A stretch of 64,000 bases of DNA from an uncultured Clostridia bacterium (GTDB taxonomy: Bacteria > Bacillota > Clostridia > Christensenellales > UBA1242), in assembly GCA_944360075.1 (NCBI GenBank), contig CALVTE010000001.1, positions 7,054 through 71,053 on the forward strand, given 5' to 3'. Below the pieces are notes generated by a model. That model worked only from the letters and a program-made list of their open reading frames with translations, was not told where the DNA came from and ran no database searches. Of this stretch, positions 58,890 through 64,000 are shown piece after piece. The translations under genes and the position numbers were made by a program. Positions within the stretch are counted from its first letter, which is position 1. Each line of letters begins with the position of its first letter.

Positions 58890-59863
58890 AGATTTCCCCC
58901 TTTTGACAAAGCTTTGTTTGAAAAATTTTCCTTAAGCATGATGGCAAGCAGCAAAAGTGAAATCGCACTTGCAACAGGCTCTAGAAAAGTCACAATAAAG
59001 TCAAAACCGGCAAAACTTAGCGCGAAAGGCAAAATAATGCTGAAAAAAAAGAGCGAAAAACCCTTTCTTTTGCCAAGCAAAATGTGAAAATTGCAAACCA
59101 GCGAAAAAAGCGTTGTCAAACTCCCCAAAAAAATCAGCAATTCCAAAGCCGTCTTTTGCCAAGAATGCAAGATTGTCAAAAAGGGCATGGCTAAGGTCAA
59201 ACTGTCTTGATTTTCAAGTAGAACAGTATTTGCAAAAAACAAGATAAGCACGAGAAGCAATGCCGCAAAAAACGCAACTCGTGCTTTTTCTTTCTGAGAT
59301 AGCTTTTGGCCTAAAGATGCCACCAAAACGCAGCTGTTTGACGCGTTTAGCGTGCAGTAGAGCAAACTGTAAAACAGGGCTGGGAAGGGCAAAATTGCAT
59401 TTGAAAAAGAAAGGTCAAATTTCAAATTTGCCACCAGTAAAAATATAAAAACAATGGTCGAGATGGGCACGAGAAAATTGCTAAGCCTTCCAAAAGTTTT
59501 GACCCCTTTTTTCAAAACAACCGAGCAAAGGGCAAAAATGACAAAGAAAACTATGATTTTGAAAGGCGTTGAGATTCTAAGACTTTCTTGCAGCGAAGCA
59601 AACATGGCCGAAGAAAATATCACATAGACAACACAATTTAGTAGTAAAAACAACCTTGAAGATAAAATTTTTTCAACAGTTTTGCTGCTTAGACCAAGCA
59701 AAAATTTAAAAAGAAAATAGAAGAAAAACAGCAAACAAAAAATTCCAAGATAAGACCATAGGCCAAATCTTGAAAAAAACACCACAAGCTCTTTGCCGCT
59801 AAGCAGGCCTGGCCCGATAACTGTTCCTGCAATGGCAAAGATAATGGAAAGTTTGCCTGCCAT
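58886..59863 (-). CDS. YkvI-family / amino-acid-permease-like membrane protein.
   Basis: 325 aa starting at the ATG at 59863. The N-terminus SIIFAIAGTVIGPGLLSGKELVVFFSRFG resembles the YkvI motif (G..VGAGFASGQE...FF). It has about 10 TM segments. Confidence 0.5.
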   Translation of the reverse strand: MAGKLSIIFAIAGTVIGPGLLSGKELVVFFSRFGLWSYLGIFCLLFFFYFLFKFLLGLSSKTVEKILSSRLFLLLNCVVYVIFSSAMFASLQESLRISTPFKIIVFFVIFALCSVVLKKGVKTFGRLSNFLVPISTIVFIFLLVANLKFDLSFSNAILPFPALFYSLLYCTLNASNSCVLVASLGQKLSQKEKARVAFFAALLLVLILFFANTVLLENQDSLTLAMPFLTILHSWQKTALELLIFLGSLTTLFSLVCNFHILLGKRKGFSLFFFSIILPFALSFAGFDFIVTFLEPVASAISLLLLAIMLKENFSNKALSKGGNL

Positions 59864-59915
59864 AAAACTATCTTTATTTAAAACAATCAAAATTGATAAC
59901 CAAAAGGAGAAGAAT

Positions 59916-60128
59916 ATGATATCAAATCACTATAGACAAGGCTCATTTGTCGACCTTCGCCCCTGCCGCTGTCCATCATTTGGCGGCTGTTTGTTCCCTT
60001 CCCCCTGCTTTACCTGCCCACCACCCTATCCTTTCGAGCAGAATTGTCATAACTGTGGCTGCACGGTAAACACTATTTATTTTCTTACCGGACTTTTGTG
60101 GGGCTGCGGTTTATACAATCGCTGCTAA
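59916..60128 (+). CDS. Cys/Pro-rich small protein (70 aa, 10 Cys) with a C-terminal hydrophobic segment.
   Basis: AAAAGGAG lies 6 nt upstream of the ATG at 59916. The product is MISNHYRQGSFVDLRPCRCPSFGGCLFPSPCFTCPPPYPFEQNCHNCGCTVNTIYFLTGLLWGCGLYNRC. A terminator hairpin follows. The track ORF start at 59793 lies inside the opposite-strand membrane gene and was trimmed. Confidence 0.55.
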   Translation: MISNHYRQGSFVDLRPCRCPSFGGCLFPSPCFTCPPPYPFEQNCHNCGCTVNTIYFLTGLLWGCGLYNRC

Positions 60129-60140
60129 ATGTTGAAAAAC

Positions 60141-60172
60141 AAAAAAATAACGCATCAATAGCGTTATTTTCT
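60141..60172. terminator. Bidirectional terminator between the Cys-rich peptide gene and pepF.
   Basis: ATAACGC, loop ATCAATA, GCGTTAT, with an A7 run before it and TTT after it. An outer ATGTTGA/TCAACAT pairing is also possible. Confidence 0.65.
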
Positions 60173-60177
60173 CAACA

Positions 60178-61944
60178 TTAGCCCTGTTTTTGCCAATCCT
60201 TTAAAATTGTTTTTAAGTAGTCAAATGATATCTCGTAAGCCTTGCCACTCTCAAGGTCGCAGCCCGAATTTTTCAAAATTTGCACCGGCCCATCGCTCGA
60301 ACCTGCACTTAAAAATTTGAAATAGTCTTGCACTGCGTTTTTTTCTCCGCTCAAAATTCTGTTTGCAAAATTGATAGCGCAAATCAGCCCTGTTGCATAT
60401 TTGTAAACATAAAATTCTGAGAAAAAGTGAGGTATTCTTGCCCATTCATACATAACTTCTTTGACCAATTTGACTTTGCCAAAGTATTGTTTGTTGAGCT
60501 GGTAATACTGCTCGCACAAAAGGTCTTTTGTCAAAGGCTGTCCCTTTTCATGCAAACTATGGATAATCTCTTCAAATTCGGCAAACATGGTTTGGCGGAA
60601 AATTGTTGATTTGACATTGTCAAAAAGTTTGTTGTAAAGTGAAATTTTTTGTTTTTTTGAGCAGTTTTGCAATAGATAATGCATCAAAAGCATTTCGTTT
60701 GTTGTGCTGGCGATTTCTGCCAAGAAAATTGTGTAGTCTGCTGTTGGACGAGGCTGCGACAAATTGGAAAAATAAGTGTGCATAGCGTGGCCTAGTTCGT
60801 GAGCAAGCGTGAACACAGAATCCAAGTCTCCCTCAAAGTTTGTAAGCACAAATGGGTGGCAGTCGTAAATTCCGTTTTCATAAGCTCCCGAACGCTTGTT
60901 CTGGCTTGGCATAACGTCAATCCAGCGTTCATCTTTGGCCTTTTGCAGCAATCCGACATACTCTTCCCCTAATGGAGCTAGTGCTTTTTTCAAAAGCTCT
61001 ATTGCTTCGTCATAGCTATATCGCTCTTTTGCCTTGCTTGGCAAAAGAGCCATGCAATCATAAATGGCAAAATCTTTCAGCCCCAGTTCTTTCTTTTTTA
61101 GATCAAAAAATTTGAACAGCACAGGCAAATTTTCATGCACTTTTTCAATCAGTGTTTGATAAACTTTTTTGTCAACCTCTTCTCCAAAAAGCGCCTCGTC
61201 AAGCGCCGAAGGATATTTTCTGACCTTTGCAAAATAGCAGTCTGCCTTAACCTTGTTGATATAATTTTGCGTGAAAGTGTTGATATATTTGCCAAAAGTT
61301 CCATTCAACACTGTAAAACTTTGTTTTCTTAAAGTCCTGTCTTTTGAACGCATAAAAGTGCCGTAATTTGAATTGTTGAGGCTATAGCTCTTGCCTGAGC
61401 TGTCACAGATTTTGCCAAAAGAGATGTCAACATCGCTAAGATTTCTCATCACTGCTGAGTAGCCAAAAAAATCCATGCCAGACAAAAGCTGCTCTTGGTC
61501 ATCGGTAAGGTTGTGCACTTTTGTTTTTTTGATCCATTCAAAATCGCGCTTATAGTCCTTGAATTTTTTGTCGCTTATGATCTCGTCCAAAAGTTTGTCT
61601 GGCAATTTTTTAAGTTGGGTGGACAAAAGAGAGGTTTCTGTGGAAAATTTTGTGTTGAAATTGACAAGTTTTTGATAGAGTTTGTTGCTTTGATTGTTGT
61701 CAAGCTGCTCATCTCGCTTCATGTGAATATAAAGAAAGGTTGGCTCGAAGATTTTTGCAAACTCTTCATCTAGTTTAAGATAATCCAGTATCGCTTTCTT
61801 GTTTGTCAGTTTGCCTTCAAATTTTTTAAATAAAGGGATGTATTTTTCAAATTTTTCAAGCCTTTTTTCAAATTCTTCGTCGCCACTGCATAGGCAAGAT
61901 TTATCCCATTTATATTTTTCTGCAATTTGGCTTCGTTTTTTCAT
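60178..61944 (-). CDS. pepF: Oligoendopeptidase F (M3B).
   Basis: Zinc motif HELGHAMH with a downstream E (LAEIAST). It is 588 aa with typical PepF length and layout. Confidence 0.9.
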   Translation of the reverse strand: MKKRSQIAEKYKWDKSCLCSGDEEFEKRLEKFEKYIPLFKKFEGKLTNKKAILDYLKLDEEFAKIFEPTFLYIHMKRDEQLDNNQSNKLYQKLVNFNTKFSTETSLLSTQLKKLPDKLLDEIISDKKFKDYKRDFEWIKKTKVHNLTDDQEQLLSGMDFFGYSAVMRNLSDVDISFGKICDSSGKSYSLNNSNYGTFMRSKDRTLRKQSFTVLNGTFGKYINTFTQNYINKVKADCYFAKVRKYPSALDEALFGEEVDKKVYQTLIEKVHENLPVLFKFFDLKKKELGLKDFAIYDCMALLPSKAKERYSYDEAIELLKKALAPLGEEYVGLLQKAKDERWIDVMPSQNKRSGAYENGIYDCHPFVLTNFEGDLDSVFTLAHELGHAMHTYFSNLSQPRPTADYTIFLAEIASTTNEMLLMHYLLQNCSKKQKISLYNKLFDNVKSTIFRQTMFAEFEEIIHSLHEKGQPLTKDLLCEQYYQLNKQYFGKVKLVKEVMYEWARIPHFFSEFYVYKYATGLICAINFANRILSGEKNAVQDYFKFLSAGSSDGPVQILKNSGCDLESGKAYEISFDYLKTILKDWQKQG

Positions 61945-61947
61945 GTT

Positions 61948-62652
61948 TCACCTCAAAAAATATTTGTCTAAATAAAAATTTTTCCACGGTATTTTGGTCG
62001 CATCTGGTGGGCAAGCAAAAATCATTTTCTGCTTGGTGGTTGGGTGCATAAACTCCAGCCTTCCCGCCCAGAGCCCAAGGTTGTCGGTTGCGCCAGCCAA
62101 GGTTTTTCCATACTTTTTATCGCCATAAAGTGGGCAATTTATTCCTGCAAACTGCACTCGAATTTGATGAGAGCGGCCGCTGATGAGCTCCACTTGGCAC
62201 AAATTCAAATTGCCTTCTGTTTGCAAGATTTTATATCTAAGTTCCGCCCTTTTTGCTCCACTTTCACTTATCGGCACAATTTTGACAATATTTTCTTTTT
62301 CATCTTTTTTCAGATAGTTGACAAGAGTGGCTTCTTTGTCTTTCAAAGGGCCGCTGGCCACGCAGAAATAGGTTTTTCTCATTTGATTTTGCCTTATCTG
62401 CTCACTCAGCCTTGCTGCCGCCTTTGAATTTCTTGCAAAAACCATAATGCCGCCAGTGGGTCTATCCAGCCTATGCACAAGACCAATGAAAGCCTCGCCT
62501 GGTTTGTTGTATTTTTCTTTAACATATTCTTTGACCATGCTCAGCATATCTTTATCGCCCGAACTATCTTCTTGAGATGGCACATTTTGCGGCTTGATTG
62601 CCACAACGATTTGATTGTCTTCAAAAAGAATTTGCAAGTCTTTTGCTTCCAT
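61948..62652 (-). CDS. RluA-family pseudouridine synthase.
   Basis: Catalytic motif HRLDRPTGGIMVFARN, plus GRSHQIRVQFA. The start is set at the ATG at 62652, with AAAGGTGA upstream. The track start would overlap the upstream gene. Confidence 0.85.
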   Translation of the reverse strand: MEAKDLQILFEDNQIVVAIKPQNVPSQEDSSGDKDMLSMVKEYVKEKYNKPGEAFIGLVHRLDRPTGGIMVFARNSKAAARLSEQIRQNQMRKTYFCVASGPLKDKEATLVNYLKKDEKENIVKIVPISESGAKRAELRYKILQTEGNLNLCQVELISGRSHQIRVQFAGINCPLYGDKKYGKTLAGATDNLGLWAGRLEFMHPTTKQKMIFACPPDATKIPWKNFYLDKYFLR

Positions 62653-62677
62653 ATTTTTTTCACCTTTCAAAATAATT

Positions 62678-63526
62678 TTATTTAAAAACTTTAAGTCCTC
62701 TTGCGCCACAAGGCAAAACAAGTCCGTCTTGGCAGGAAAGTCCAATCTCGTCGGCATCGATATTGCCAGAGCCAAAACAAAGCGACAAAATGTTTTTTAA
62801 AACAGTGGGCTGAAGCCCAGTTGTATAGGACGAAATCAGCACAAAAAGAGGGTTTTTTGACAGAATTTTTTTGCAGAGCATAACAAAATCAAAAAGATTG
62901 TCTTCCAGCTTCCAGGTCTGCCCATTCGTGCCACGACCATAACTTGGCGGATCCATTATGATGGCATCATAACTATTTCCTCGTCTGATTTCTCGTTCGA
63001 TAAACTTTGTGCAGTCATCAATCAAAAATCTTATGGTGGAAATATTGTTGAGTCGTGCATTTTCCTTCGCCATTTCAACAATGCCTTTGCTGGCATCAAC
63101 GTGCGTCACCTCCGCTCCCGCTTTGGCACAAACCACACTTGCCCCACCAGAATAGGCAAACAAGTTGAGCACTTTGATTTTTCTACCAGAATTTCTTATA
63201 AGGCTGTCAACGTCCTGCCAGTTGACTGCCTGCTCAGGAAAAAGGCCGGTATGTTTGAAGCCCATCGGTTTGACAACAAACTTCAGCCCCTGCCAAGAGA
63301 TGTTCCACTGCTGCGGCAACTGACCAAAAATTTGCCACTGACCACCGCCAGAGGAGCTGCGCCTGTATACGGCGTCAATTTTTGCCAGTTTTTCAAGTGG
63401 CTTGTCTGTCTTCCAAATCACCTGTGGGTCGGGTCGGATCAGCATATAATCGCCCCATTTTTCAAGTTTTTCTCCCATATTTGTGGAAATAACTTGATAA
63501 TCTTTCCAATTTTGTGCAATTTTCAT
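62678..63526 (-). CDS. Class I SAM-dependent methyltransferase, likely an rRNA methyltransferase (RlmI/RlmK C-terminal-domain-like).
   Basis: Motif I VLNLFAYSGGASV. An acidic residue follows beta-2 (THVDAS). Motif IV is IIMDPPSYGRG. Confidence 0.75.
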   Translation of the reverse strand: MKIAQNWKDYQVISTNMGEKLEKWGDYMLIRPDPQVIWKTDKPLEKLAKIDAVYRRSSSGGGQWQIFGQLPQQWNISWQGLKFVVKPMGFKHTGLFPEQAVNWQDVDSLIRNSGRKIKVLNLFAYSGGASVVCAKAGAEVTHVDASKGIVEMAKENARLNNISTIRFLIDDCTKFIEREIRRGNSYDAIIMDPPSYGRGTNGQTWKLEDNLFDFVMLCKKILSKNPLFVLISSYTTGLQPTVLKNILSLCFGSGNIDADEIGLSCQDGLVLPCGARGLKVFK

Positions 63527-63551
63527 AACAATTCCTTAAATAAAGTATAAC

Positions 63552-63596
63552 AAAAAGACAACTTTAAATCAAGCAAACAAAGTTGTCTTTTTTTGT
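63552..63596 (-). terminator. Rho-independent terminator after ileS.
   Basis: 10-bp stem AGACAACTTT / AAAGTTGTCT (63556-63565 and 63579-63588). On the minus strand it is followed by TTTTTGTT. Confidence 0.7.
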
Positions 63597-63599
63597 TTT

Positions 63600-64000
63600 T
63601 TAAACTTTTTCGATATACACTGTCAAAACTTTTTGGCCTTGCAACTCCGTCTTAAACTGGCCGCCACTGCCCACTTCAATCTGGTCGGCAAGCAAAGTTT
63701 TTTGCAGACTTGTTTTGTTTTGCATCACAAGTTGCTCCTCTTGCGGCTCGCCTTCCAGCCAAATTTTGATGTGATCAGTCACGTTGAAGCCACTGTCTTT
63801 GCGCAGGTTTTGCACCTTGCTTACAAATTCACTGATAAAGCCCTTGTCGAGCAAATCTTTTGTTAATGTTGTGTCAAGAATAACAGTTATCACTCCGTTT
63901 GTTGCAGAAGAGTAGCCCTCTTTGTTGACCAAACTGATAAGCAAATCTTCTTTGCCAATTTCAATCTCTTGTCCGTCAACTTCAAATTTGAAACTCTTGC
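63600..64000 (-). CDS. ileS: Isoleucine--tRNA ligase, C-terminal end. The gene is partial and continues beyond 64000.
   Basis: The frame is open to the window edge. ...FKFEVDGQEIEIGKEDLLISLVNKEGYSSATNGVITVILDTTLTKDLLDKGFISEFVSKVQNLRKDSGFNVTDHIKIW matches the C-terminal region of type-2 IleRS (..LDT.LT.EL..EG.ARE.V..IQ.LRK..G..VTDRI). Confidence 0.75.
   Translation of the reverse strand, partial: KSFKFEVDGQEIEIGKEDLLISLVNKEGYSSATNGVITVILDTTLTKDLLDKGFISEFVSKVQNLRKDSGFNVTDHIKIWLEGEPQEEQLVMQNKTSLQKTLLADQIEVGSGGQFKTELQGQKVLTVYIEKV

Noticed and set aside
59793-59915. The upstream part of the 111-aa track ORF preceding the Cys-rich peptide.
   Set aside because: It overlaps the start of the opposite-strand membrane gene and has no SD. 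The internal ATG at 59916 has a canonical SD.

Overview
This is a 64-kb chromosomal window from an AT-rich, spore-forming Firmicutes/Clostridia-type genome, since spoIVA, yqfC and yqfD are present. No species is claimed. Almost all genes lie on the minus strand.

Backbone: the backbone is conserved housekeeping. It comprises murC/murB, yqfC-yqfD-ybeY-era, floA, ogg, rplU-prp-rpmA, rluD-lspA-sepF, the str operon rpsL-rpsG-fusA-tuf, pcrA-ligA, spoIVA, der-plsY, comEC-holA, pepF, an RluA-family synthase, a SAM methyltransferase and the 3' end of ileS.

Accessory content:
1. A minus-strand operon of ABC ATPase, polytopic permease and a 2090-aa Big_2-repeat protein. It is followed by an MBG/YDG-repeat adhesin that runs off the window and is missing from the ORF track.
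2. A further 1377-aa surface protein.
3. A compact phage-derived head module (TerS-like, portal, scaffold, HK97-like capsid, adaptor-like, large structural protein, BhlA plus holin). I could not recognise a large terminase, tail, lysin or integrase.
4. A GC-rich, foldable ~148-nt element present as three tandem copies after spoIVA. A diverged fourth copy sits after the holin gene and is bracketed by a perfect 25-nt duplication.
5. Two monocistronic Cys-rich small peptides.
6. A small acidic gene inserted between rpsG and fusA.
7. A WG-repeat protein, and a 582-aa protein with a possible transglutaminase-like Cys/His/Asp core.

I saw no tRNA, rRNA, CRISPR array, transposase or integrase. All calls come from reading the sequence and the ORF translations by eye; no database search was possible.
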